Assembly (NCBI GenBank): GCA_963702025.1
Contig: OY969699.1
Location: 192,001-256,000 of the forward strand
DNA: 64,000 nt
Direction of reading: 5' to 3'
From: an uncultured bacterium
GTDB lineage: Bacteria; Babelota; Babeliae; Babelales; Vermiphilaceae
Part shown: in pieces, positions 39,190-48,373 of the stretch
Position numbering within the stretch: position 1 is the first letter of the stretch
Layout of the letters: every line of letters starts with the position of its first letter
Translations under genes and position numbers: made by a program
Notes under the pieces: model-generated
Seen by the model: the letters and a program-made list of their open reading frames with translations, nothing else
Told to the model about the DNA's origin: nothing
Databases searched by the model: none

Positions 39190-40158
39190 ATGAAAAACCA
39201 TTTACATTTCAGTATAATCATTGCCATTTTTCTTGCTAGCTGCACAACCCTCATCGGTACTACTAGTCATAATGCAAAAGTTGCGGATAATCAACTTCCT
39301 CATCCAACTACCCTGAGAAGCATTGATTTTACTCGATCGGTTTTTGCCGAGGGAGTGGTCCCTTTCTTTACCAACGTTTTTAATAACCCCCTGTATGCCA
39401 AAGATTTTTTACCCAATAATATCCATTTTCATCTGCTTGAGTTTCTTCATCAGGGAAATGCGTTGGGCAAAGATAGTGTCTATGTGCGATCCGTTTTACG
39501 TCTTTTTTATAACAAGCTCAAAGCATTGCCTTATGTGAATGCCTATAGTTTCGGTGAGCTTCTTTCCCAATTACCCGATGCGCTCGAACGCCATTTTGCT
39601 ATCGATACCCAACAAGTTCTTGGTTCACTTAAAAATATAATCTATGAAATCCAATACCATGCATTTATGGCTAATTTTGCAGAATTCAAAACAAAACCGG
39701 AAACATTTTTGGGCAATTTATCACAACAACTTGAAAATGCAGCAGAACTGAGAAAGCTGATAGTGCTTCTTCTTGAAACATCAATCGATCGTTTGATTTG
39801 GGTCCCTTCTGATCAATTTGAAACGTGGCAGCAAGTTAAAACCATTTCTCATCTTCTTGCCATTCTTCACGAAAGAACGATTATCGGTGATCTTGAAGAT
39901 TTAAATAGTTTGTATGTCGCACTCATTGAACGTTATTGCTATTTTCTTGATGTTGCGGGAAAACATATCGATAGCGAAACCTACCAAAAGATCCGCCTTG
40001 ATATTCAAAAAGATCAGTTGCCATTGCTCACCCTTGAAGAACAGCAGGAATATATTGAAACCAAACTGCAACGATTAAGCCGTTGCCTGTTTGAGCTTGA
40101 AAGCAAATCATTGGCCTGCGAATCAGGGATTCTTATTAAAAGTCAACCGAGAGCATAA
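39190..40158 (+). CDS. Hypothetical helical exported protein
   Basis: AAGGA RBS; signal or lipobox-like N-terminus (FLASC). Confidence 0.7.
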   Translation: MKNHLHFSIIIAIFLASCTTLIGTTSHNAKVADNQLPHPTTLRSIDFTRSVFAEGVVPFFTNVFNNPLYAKDFLPNNIHFHLLEFLHQGNALGKDSVYVRSVLRLFYNKLKALPYVNAYSFGELLSQLPDALERHFAIDTQQVLGSLKNIIYEIQYHAFMANFAEFKTKPETFLGNLSQQLENAAELRKLIVLLLETSIDRLIWVPSDQFETWQQVKTISHLLAILHERTIIGDLEDLNSLYVALIERYCYFLDVAGKHIDSETYQKIRLDIQKDQLPLLTLEEQQEYIETKLQRLSRCLFELESKSLACESGILIKSQPRA

Positions 40159-41395
40159 AACCGACGGTGGTAAAGGCAATTGATCGTTTACCGCCAAATG
40201 GTAGTCGTGCAAAAAGTGATGCTTGGGGTACGATACAGGGATCCATTTGACATGCAGAAAAATCATAACTCAGATTAAATTCAGCAGAATGCACGATCCA
40301 TTCATCAAGACTTATTGCCGTATTGGCAATAGTACTTGAATAATCACAGCTATTGAGCGCCAAATGATCTTCGCCTTTCTTTAAAAATTGATACCCAACC
40401 AAGAAAGATACTCCGGCAATATTATAGGCCTGCACAAAAAGATTAAATCGTTGCATAAGACCATAATCGGTATATGCTGGTGTTTTTGCCAAGAGTAATA
40501 GATCGGTCTGATCTATGGAAGTTTTTATGCGCCGTTCACGGGTATTGCCAAAAAGATGGAGCAACTGCACATCAAAACCGGCCTTGAAATAATCCCCCAG
40601 AGTTACGCTTAATCCACCGCCATACACAATGCCAACGGCACCATTATAGCCAAATGGGAAGGCCATAAGTTTATCAACATCTTGTTTAAGACCGGTGGGA
40701 AAAGTAAAGCCGACGCGCCCTCCAACATCCACATTTTTTAGAAATTGTCTATTTTTTTGAGGAAAATCAAACATAAATTCCAACAGTAAATTTAAATCGC
40801 CCGGACCGGTTCGCTTCCATCCATTCAAATCAAGCCCGTCACCCAACTGATCAATAACCTGCGTAAGCCTGCTGGTTAATAAATTCCTAACCCGAAAATC
40901 GGCAGGCGTTTTTAGTTGCGTTCTATCGATAAAACCAACATCGGTTAAGCGCACACGGTAAAATGGTAAAAAGGTGGTAAACCACGCATGGGGCAAGAAA
41001 TACCAACGCGCACCAATTACTGCACCTAAATCCAAATGCAACTTGCCGTCAAACATAAGAGTGCCGCGTACATCGTCATTAATAGCATGCAATTGATCGC
41101 CCAACAATGATTGAGGACTGTTGTTAGGAAATCCCTTTAACATAGCAAGAGCATCCTGAAAAGGGTTCCAGATATTAAGCACGTTCACAATATTGCTGTC
41201 ATCACCATAGCCACGCGCAGGACGGACGCCGGTCTCTGCCCATAGGGTTAACTCGTAGCACCGGTCAAGATGCACTTCGGGAATAAGCAAGGTATCATAG
41301 GGGCGCATAAGCAAATTCATGCTGAATGAAACGGCTGGAAAAGATGTAGCCACTACTAAAAAAATTTTTATTACACTAGAAAAATTCCTCGTCAT
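40136..41395 (-). CDS. Putative outer-membrane beta-barrel protein
   Basis: Signal peptide, alternating amphipathic strands, C-terminal GFMLSVDF ending in Phe. Confidence 0.6.
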   Translation of the reverse strand: MTRNFSSVIKIFLVVATSFPAVSFSMNLLMRPYDTLLIPEVHLDRCYELTLWAETGVRPARGYGDDSNIVNVLNIWNPFQDALAMLKGFPNNSPQSLLGDQLHAINDDVRGTLMFDGKLHLDLGAVIGARWYFLPHAWFTTFLPFYRVRLTDVGFIDRTQLKTPADFRVRNLLTSRLTQVIDQLGDGLDLNGWKRTGPGDLNLLLEFMFDFPQKNRQFLKNVDVGGRVGFTFPTGLKQDVDKLMAFPFGYNGAVGIVYGGGLSVTLGDYFKAGFDVQLLHLFGNTRERRIKTSIDQTDLLLLAKTPAYTDYGLMQRFNLFVQAYNIAGVSFLVGYQFLKKGEDHLALNSCDYSSTIANTAISLDEWIVHSAEFNLSYDFSACQMDPCIVPQASLFARLPFGGKRSIAFTTVGFMLSVDF

Positions 41396-41423
41396 GAAGC
41401 AATCCTACTTAATCCAATTAATG

Positions 41424-44400
41424 TTAATTATTTACGAGCAATCCAAAGTCGCCAGCAACCAGAATGTTCCCCCATCGCTTACTGCGCATGATATGAGTAA
41501 TGTGCTGCGCTTTGATCTTTTCAAAATCAACGGGAACCTTAGATTTTGATCCGCCAAACCCTGCATACAGATTCGGATGTCTTGCAACGCCCTGAGGTGT
41601 TGGTTTCTTTTTATCAGTGGCAGTGAAATAGAGTGAACCATCGGTCATAAATGATGATATGTATGTACCACATTTAATAAAACTTGTAAGAGCGTCTTGT
41701 GCACCAAAATCACGCAATGGTTGCACGGTAGTTCCATCAATTTCTTTATCACGAATTGTATGAATCACAAAGCGAGATATCCAAGTATTATCTCTATCAA
41801 TTGACCCTGAAATTACATAGAGCTGACCTACGGTTGCACGTGCCACATCGGTGGTGGCGCCATTGACACTGGTGCATACCAAACCGGTTACCGGTGTTTT
41901 TGTAGTCGTGAGCTGAATGTCTGTCCACGCCAAAGAATCTGTATCGCCAGAGCGCACATCTTTTCCATCCCCAACGCGGCACAGCCCGGCACTATGAGCA
42001 AGCAGCGCAAGCTTTTCTGACACAATCAAATCATGAAAAATGCCCATTTGCTGACCGGTAATTTTTTGCACCTGCGCAAGCGTTACTGGATGAAGTTGGC
42101 CACTCGCAAGGTCAACATTGCGCATATCAATACGATCCAACTGCGAATCGGTTAACACATATAAATACGGCGCATCAAAAACTAATTTTCGAACAAACGT
42201 ATAATTACCGAGCGAAACAAAACGCATTGTCGGCCCAAGCCCGCTAAAACCATACCCCAAACCCGGGTTACGGGGCCAGCCATTGCCATTCGCATCGCGT
42301 AAGACCGCCATACCGTTAACCCCGCCAACTACTAACCATGCCATAGCATCATTAGCAACAATTTCTGCAGCAATCACCGGACCAATTTTTTCTAACTCTC
42401 CACCGCTCATGCTCAAGACAGCACATGAGGGATCCAGCACAGTATCAATAATGCCATTCTTAAACTGTGCGACTGTTTCTTTCCCTTTTGACTCTATTTG
42501 TCCAACCAAAACAACCTTATTCAATCCGGTGGCGCACAAAAAAGGCTCAAACTCAAAAAGTCCTTGTATCCCAGCATCTTCTTGTTTAAATTCTGCATGC
42601 AGCAAGGCAAGACCAGTAGGAACATCTGTATCAACTTCTTTCCATTGCGATCTTGCAACCGTGCTGGCAGAATCCGCGGTTAAACCCGAAACAATGGTCA
42701 TGGTTGCTTGTTGAGCATCAAAAAGAGCTTGATGAATTGCGCCGCCCGTATCACCTATCTTTTGCCACATGGTCCATGCGGCAATACGGCCATCATAATC
42801 AAAAATTGCTTGAGAATGGTAAATACCGTTGGCCGCAAGATCTTCCGATTCATTAACAAATGCATAGACCGCGTCATCCTTTACCACAAAATTGCTAATT
42901 GGCGCCAGTAATGGCCCGGCTCCAACCAAAGCAGCGCTATCATCTTGCGCATAAATTCCTCGTGCATTTTTTGGCGGCATAACAAAATGGCGCGCCGCGA
43001 ATGGTTGCATGGTGCCCCTGGTAAAAAATTCTGCCGGCGATTCGGTAACATCGGCAAGGGTTCCGTGAAAATCCGCCAGCGACGGGTCAATAACACCGAA
43101 CGTGTTTTTATAATTAAGCGCCGGTAATGCAAAAATTGTTTTTTGTGTTTGTTCCGGCTCGCCATTACCGCCTTGGATAATTAAATAATCAAGAAAGCCG
43201 GTGGCGGTTTGCAGTGTTCGTATTTTATGAACCGAGACCGCTTGTTGTCCACCAATACCGCCAATAATCGAACAACGATCGACAGAAAGCATTGATTCTG
43301 CTACAACCGGCACAAGCGTAAGTGCCCCCTCATAATTAATATAACCGACAGCAACCGCTCGCGCCCCCGCACCTTCCTTGGAACCGGATCGAACACGCAA
43401 AGAAATATAAAGACGTTCAAGCGACGGGCCCCAATACAGATCCACAATATCATCCATGCAGGCCAGATCATCGCCAATTTTTAAAAAGGGCGAGCCACGG
43501 TGCACCGGCGCAGCAGCAATAACCTGCTTTTTAGGATCCTCATTGACCGCGGTAGCAACCTGGGTAAACTTTTTTTCAACTACCTTTCTAAAATACTTGG
43601 GCTTTTCTTCTTTCTTATCCTTATCTTCACGTATCGCGCCTAACTGTCTACCAATTTCATCCTCGTCCTCCTCTTCTAATTTTTTCTGCAGCTCCTCAAT
43701 CTCTTTTGAAGAAATTTCAATCTCTTTAATCGCTTCAAGGAAATATATCAGCGCAATACCGCTATCGCCATCACCAAAATGATCTTGATTGTTTCCTTTA
43801 ATCACTACAAATGCCTTGTCATCATGGCCCGCCAACGCAAGAATACCGTTATTAAGCGCTTTTCCTGATGCGTCATAAATCTTTTTAAGAGAAAAAAGCT
43901 GCTGCTGTGGAACAGGCTTTTTTTTCTGTTCTTTTTTTTCTGGCTCTTTTTCTTTTTTAGGCGCCGCATTTAGTGTTTTATCCTGTTCTTGCACCGATGG
44001 TTCCTTTGGAGCCTCTTGGACATTTTCTTTATTTGGCACCGGCAACAACCCATTAACTAAATAGAGTGTTTGTGGTTCAGAATCAGTAACAATCACAATA
44101 TTATTTTTTTGATTAATTTCGGTTATGTGCGCAATCGCAGCATTATATAACGGGCTTATTTGATCCTTAACCGTATCGAGCGTTACCGTTTGTGGTGCCA
44201 TGGGAATGAACTCTGTACTCATGCGCTCTAGATAGGAAATGGCAAATTCTTTGGCCGCATCTTGTTTGTCAGCACCAACATAGAGCCTATTATTACGATT
44301 AACAAAATTTGTTTTTATGGGAAAAGAAAATGTATTTCCCCGCGATGTATCATTTCCTTCAATTTTTTGCCAAGCGTGGAGTATAGTGGTGGTAAAAGAA

Positions 44401-44447
44401 AAGAGTATAATTGTCAAAACTTTTTTAGTACTAACGATGGTTACCAT
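41424..44447 (-). CDS. Large exported beta-rich hypothetical protein
   Basis: 1007-aa ORF; signal peptide (LHA site); charged low-complexity insertions. Confidence 0.75.
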   Translation of the reverse strand: MVTIVSTKKVLTIILFSFTTTILHAWQKIEGNDTSRGNTFSFPIKTNFVNRNNRLYVGADKQDAAKEFAISYLERMSTEFIPMAPQTVTLDTVKDQISPLYNAAIAHITEINQKNNIVIVTDSEPQTLYLVNGLLPVPNKENVQEAPKEPSVQEQDKTLNAAPKKEKEPEKKEQKKKPVPQQQLFSLKKIYDASGKALNNGILALAGHDDKAFVVIKGNNQDHFGDGDSGIALIYFLEAIKEIEISSKEIEELQKKLEEEDEDEIGRQLGAIREDKDKKEEKPKYFRKVVEKKFTQVATAVNEDPKKQVIAAAPVHRGSPFLKIGDDLACMDDIVDLYWGPSLERLYISLRVRSGSKEGAGARAVAVGYINYEGALTLVPVVAESMLSVDRCSIIGGIGGQQAVSVHKIRTLQTATGFLDYLIIQGGNGEPEQTQKTIFALPALNYKNTFGVIDPSLADFHGTLADVTESPAEFFTRGTMQPFAARHFVMPPKNARGIYAQDDSAALVGAGPLLAPISNFVVKDDAVYAFVNESEDLAANGIYHSQAIFDYDGRIAAWTMWQKIGDTGGAIHQALFDAQQATMTIVSGLTADSASTVARSQWKEVDTDVPTGLALLHAEFKQEDAGIQGLFEFEPFLCATGLNKVVLVGQIESKGKETVAQFKNGIIDTVLDPSCAVLSMSGGELEKIGPVIAAEIVANDAMAWLVVGGVNGMAVLRDANGNGWPRNPGLGYGFSGLGPTMRFVSLGNYTFVRKLVFDAPYLYVLTDSQLDRIDMRNVDLASGQLHPVTLAQVQKITGQQMGIFHDLIVSEKLALLAHSAGLCRVGDGKDVRSGDTDSLAWTDIQLTTTKTPVTGLVCTSVNGATTDVARATVGQLYVISGSIDRDNTWISRFVIHTIRDKEIDGTTVQPLRDFGAQDALTSFIKCGTYISSFMTDGSLYFTATDKKKPTPQGVARHPNLYAGFGGSKSKVPVDFEKIKAQHITHIMRSKRWGNILVAGDFGLLVNN

Positions 44448-44523
44448 TAATTTCCTTAATCATGAAAATTCGCACGTGTCGGATTTAATCTTAAATAAAA
44501 AACAGAAAACTGGCCAGGGGAAT

Positions 44524-46305
44524 ATGCGCATACGAACTCTATTTTTATGTTTTATCGGTATACTTACCCTCAATAATCAGTCATTCTGCTATGGACCACC
44601 CCAGGGCTGCGCATCAGAAAAACTTACCACAATTTGCCAGGCATACCACGAGTTTCTGGTCAGCGAATTTCCTGAATATGTCACCGCTTTTGCATTGGGC
44701 CCCACTACAAGCTGGACCGATTTATCACCTGCGGCAATCGCACTACGAACAGCAAAAATTGACGCGCTCGCGCAAGCAATCCAGGCACTGCCCTTGGCAG
44801 ATTTGAATTGCGATGAACTCATCTGCGCCCAATCACTCCAGCAAGAAATAGAGCTCTGGCAAAAAAAATGTACCGATGATGGCGCATACTGTTACGCAGC
44901 GCATCCGCTGATCGCGCTCATTGAATTGCCCTTTATCATGAGTAGGATGCCGCATGAAACAATGGATGATTATGGGTGCATTGAACAGCGTTTGCATGCT
45001 ATCCCAACGTTGGTTACCCAAATAATTACTTTGATTAACCGGCACACCATATCTCTTGAGATTTTTTCAGACCAAACCATTGCCGCTTTCCAATCGACCT
45101 TCAATGATTTTTGTGAGCCGACACCAACGAAAAACCCTCTCTTTTTTTTCTACGAAAATCTTCCGCAAACAATCAGCCAGGAGGGAAAAAGAGCACTGTG
45201 CGCCCGCGCGCGAGAACTGTTGATCAACGATATTATACCGGCATTCAGTCAGTTACAAGAAGTTGTCACACGCGCCTATTGCCAATATGCCGATCGGCAA
45301 AACAGATCCTCTATCAAATCAAAATGGTATGAGGATCAAGCTAAAATGTATACCAATAGCACATTGAGCGTGCAAGAAATTCATGATCTTGGAACGGCGG
45401 AGGTTGCGCGCATCGAAAATGAGATGATTGCCCTAATCCTCGATAACGGTTTTGCTGGTAGTATTCAGGAATTTATTCAACAACTCCGATCCCAGACGCA
45501 TTATTTTTACCCGGACCCCCAATCATTGATTGCAAGTCTTAAAAAGCGTATTGAGATTGTGGAGCACCATTTACCAAGACTATTTTTGCAAAAACCAAAA
45601 ATATCATGCTCCGTGCAAATAATTCCGCCCAATAGCCCATTCGCTCCACTGGGTGCCTATTATATTAGCGGATCAGTAAAAAATAATGTGCCGGGAAATT
45701 TTTACGTTAACGCGCATAATTTACCAAACTTCCCTGATTGGGAACTTGATGCATTAATATTGCATGAAGCATTGCCGGGCCACCATTTGCAAATGAGTCT
45801 TGCGCAAGAAGTGCAAAAGATGCCCATTTTTTTTCGCACCGAATCACAATCATTCTATAACTTTACTGCTTTCATAGAAGGCTGGGGACTCTATGCCGAA
45901 TCTTTGGGCAAAGAATTAGGTCTTTACAAAGATTACGCAAGCAGATTCGGAAAATTGTCGTATGAAATGATGCGTGCCGTACGGCTGGTGATAGATACCG
46001 GGTTACATGCATTTAATTGGTCCCGTGAACAAGCAGTAGATTATTTTGTAGAAAAAACGGGCATGACCGTTGAATTGGCCCGCGATGAAGTGAAGCGCTA
46101 TTTACTCTGGCCCGCGCAAGCGCTCTCGTATAAAATTGGCGAATTAAAAATTCACGAACTCCGCGCCTACGCACACACTATTCTCAAGGACCATTTTGAC
46201 ATACGCCAATTCCATCATCAGATTTTGGCTCATGGCTATATTCATCTGGATGTTTTAGAAAAACATATCAAAAAATGGGCATTGGATCTATCAAACGCGC
46301 ACTAA
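44524..46305 (+). CDS. DUF885-family putative metallopeptidase, exported
   Basis: HEALPGHH, FIEGWGLYAE, RAVRLVIDTGLH, PAQALSYKIG; start moved to MRIRTLF. Confidence 0.88.
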   Translation: MRIRTLFLCFIGILTLNNQSFCYGPPQGCASEKLTTICQAYHEFLVSEFPEYVTAFALGPTTSWTDLSPAAIALRTAKIDALAQAIQALPLADLNCDELICAQSLQQEIELWQKKCTDDGAYCYAAHPLIALIELPFIMSRMPHETMDDYGCIEQRLHAIPTLVTQIITLINRHTISLEIFSDQTIAAFQSTFNDFCEPTPTKNPLFFFYENLPQTISQEGKRALCARARELLINDIIPAFSQLQEVVTRAYCQYADRQNRSSIKSKWYEDQAKMYTNSTLSVQEIHDLGTAEVARIENEMIALILDNGFAGSIQEFIQQLRSQTHYFYPDPQSLIASLKKRIEIVEHHLPRLFLQKPKISCSVQIIPPNSPFAPLGAYYISGSVKNNVPGNFYVNAHNLPNFPDWELDALILHEALPGHHLQMSLAQEVQKMPIFFRTESQSFYNFTAFIEGWGLYAESLGKELGLYKDYASRFGKLSYEMMRAVRLVIDTGLHAFNWSREQAVDYFVEKTGMTVELARDEVKRYLLWPAQALSYKIGELKIHELRAYAHTILKDHFDIRQFHHQILAHGYIHLDVLEKHIKKWALDLSNAH

Positions 46306-46317
46306 TCGCGAGCTTAA

Positions 46318-46860
46318 TTAGGCTTTTCCAGTACCTGTGGCACAATTATGATTAGATTCTTGTTTTTCAGAGAGGTTAGGTTGCATTGCATTAATTCTTT
46401 CATTCACTTCACGCCGCCTTTGTTCAAGAGTTTCGTAATATTTTACCAATTCCTTTAAAATACTCTGCTCATTGGCAACCCTGATTAAACCAAACTTTAA
46501 CATATTAAATTGGCCAGGCATTTGGTTACTACCCGATTTTTTAAAAAGCTCTTTAATCAAAAAACCATCCATGTTTTTTTCATTATTAAATCGCTCAACA
46601 AAAGCACGAATCTTATCACCTTTATGGTCAATTTGTTCTTGATTAAGATCTTTTTTTGCAAATTTTTCACCTAAAATGAGTATGGTTTGTTGCATTAGCA
46701 TTTCTATCTTCGCAGATCTTTGGGCAATCTGATCAGCTAATTCTGAAAGTTGTTCTTTTATTCGACGTTTCATCATTTCTAAATGTGCTTTAGGATCATT
46801 ATCACCATGAGCGAGTGGCATCGCAAAAAGAACAACCACTAATATTTTTTTGTAATTCAT
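46318..46860 (-). CDS. Hypothetical exported coiled-coil protein
   Basis: Signal peptide; helical heptad pattern. Confidence 0.65.
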   Translation of the reverse strand: MNYKKILVVVLFAMPLAHGDNDPKAHLEMMKRRIKEQLSELADQIAQRSAKIEMLMQQTILILGEKFAKKDLNQEQIDHKGDKIRAFVERFNNEKNMDGFLIKELFKKSGSNQMPGQFNMLKFGLIRVANEQSILKELVKYYETLEQRRREVNERINAMQPNLSEKQESNHNCATGTGKA

Positions 46861-46908
46861 GTTTTTTACCTTTGTAAGTTTAAAAAATGTTATTTACTTT
46901 GATTGGAA

Positions 46909-47409
46909 CTATTTTTGAAGCAAAAGAAATTTAATTTTTTGAGCATCTTCTAATTTTCTATGCAGATCTTGGTAAAATTTATTCGCGTCATAAAATATGC
47001 CTTTTAGTAAGAAACCAACTGAAACTAGGGATAGGAAAGAACATATTATTTCTCCCCGTGTCGGTTCAATAATTTCAACAAGAGCTGGTGATTCCATTCT
47101 CATTATATTATCAATCCTTAGAGCTCTATACATTTGATCAAGAAGGCATAGCATTACTCCCGGAATAATTACCGATTTTATCCCGTAGACTTTCAACCAG
47201 TCTAATTCAAGATTTTTGCGATCACTCATAATAATGTCATCGGCCAATGCAATTAAGGCCTCTTTTTCACTTTCAGACAATTGTTGATTTTGCAACTCTT
47301 GTTTAAATTGCTGATAATCACTTTTGATAATAAGATCTTCTAATGAGCCATGCGCACTGGCTACTGAAACTACAAGTAATGCTGATAAAACTATATATTT
47401 GGTTTTCAT
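46909..47409 (-). CDS. Hypothetical exported/membrane protein
   Basis: Signal peptide MKTKYIVLSALLVVSVASA; two hydrophobic segments. Confidence 0.65.
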   Translation of the reverse strand: MKTKYIVLSALLVVSVASAHGSLEDLIIKSDYQQFKQELQNQQLSESEKEALIALADDIIMSDRKNLELDWLKVYGIKSVIIPGVMLCLLDQMYRALRIDNIMRMESPALVEIIEPTRGEIICSFLSLVSVGFLLKGIFYDANKFYQDLHRKLEDAQKIKFLLLQK

Positions 47410-47495
47410 GAAAGCCTCGCTGTTGAGAAAATTAAACAATAATTGCTTAGTTTATTCATTTTAAAGCCATTTACCAAAATTTATGTTTATGAAAA

Positions 47496-47813
47496 TTATC
47501 TGGCTTTTGTCTTGTTTAGGCTTTGAGGATATAAGCCTTGATCAATGATCTCCAAAAGACGCAACGCTGACGGAGCCGGATTGCGCTTTCCCGCCTCCCA
47601 TGATTGCAAAGTGCGCAAGCTAACGCCAAGAACCTTTGCAAAGTAACCTTGAGAATATTTTTTTCTTTCTCTTAGCTTCTTGATATCTTTCGCTTTATAC
47701 TCCGTAGGCGGTTCAGGAATCTCTACAAGCTCCGAACGAAGATTAATTTTACTTTCTTTGTGGGCGATGATTTCTTCAAGACCGTCTTTTAGGTCTTTAA
47801 AAAATTTTGACAT
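47496..47813 (-). CDS. XRE-family HTH antitoxin (HigA-2-like)
   Basis: IKKLRE..SQGYFAKVLGVSLRTLQSWEAGKRNP; downstream of a toxin-like gene. Confidence 0.88.
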   Translation of the reverse strand: MSKFFKDLKDGLEEIIAHKESKINLRSELVEIPEPPTEYKAKDIKKLRERKKYSQGYFAKVLGVSLRTLQSWEAGKRNPAPSALRLLEIIDQGLYPQSLNKTKAR

Positions 47814-47815
47814 AG

Positions 47816-48159
47816 TTATCTCGACTTAATGATTGTGGTTAATTGTTTTAAAGCTTTGATTTCTTCACTACTCAAATTTTCTTTTTCATTTTTGGGATAT
47901 ATTGCAATGAAATATATTTCTTCGTGCAATGGATCGTCATAATAGCAAACACGAAATCCTCCCCTTTTTCCTTTGGTTAAACTTTTAAGGCGAGTTTTTC
48001 TTATTCCTCCGGTCTTGGGAATTAAATCACCCCAATCAGGGTTTTCAATCAGTTTCTTCTTTAAATCCTCAAAATCTTTTTCTGAAGCTTTTCTTGAGGC
48101 AAAGAGCTCATCTATTGTTTTAGTGAATTTTCTGGTCTAGTAAAAATTCTTTTACTCAT
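47816..48159 (-). pseudogene. Frameshifted RelE/HigB-2-family toxin
   Basis: The ATG frame (MSKRIFT) stops early; a shifted frame encodes NPDWGDLIPKTGGIRKTR..GKRGGFRVCYY..YPKNEKENL. Confidence 0.8.
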
Positions 48160-48166
48160 AATCAAT

Positions 48167-48195
48167 CATACTACTTTGTATGGCATTTATGTCAA
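48167..48195 (-). promoter_or_regulatory. Sigma70-type promoter of the TA operon, overlapped by an inverted-repeat operator
   Basis: TTGACA-16 nt-TAGTAT; IR catac-n6-gtatg over the -10; ATG only 8 nt downstream. Confidence 0.55.
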
Positions 48196-48236
48196 TAAAT
48201 ATCACTAGGCCGTGCTTAGGATTTTATTATATTACA

Positions 48237-48263
48237 TCCTTCGACCGGCTCAGCACGAACGGA
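48237..48263. repeat. Single REP-like unit
   Basis: Reverse complement tccgttcgtgctgagccggtcgaagga fits the family consensus. Confidence 0.65.
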
Positions 48264-48373
48264 CTGTGTGCTCAAACATCGATTCACTCTTTCAAATAGT
48301 TAAAAATCTGTTATAACTATCCATATGCTTAATTTTATAAAACACAATTCTTTTCAATCTGGACTATCACCCT

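Noticed and set aside
44317..44523. ORF-track N-terminal extension of the DUF885 gene (similarly murJ 54585-54746, WD40 30789-30902, and 57813-57983)
   Set aside because: These extensions overlap neighbouring genes; downstream ATGs give better RBS, signal-peptide or family-start context
48136..48142. TAG readthrough or recoding in the toxin gene as a sign of an alternative genetic code
   Set aside because: The ATG is in a different frame, so a frameshift explains it; TAG is an ordinary stop elsewhere (e.g. priA, rpmA)
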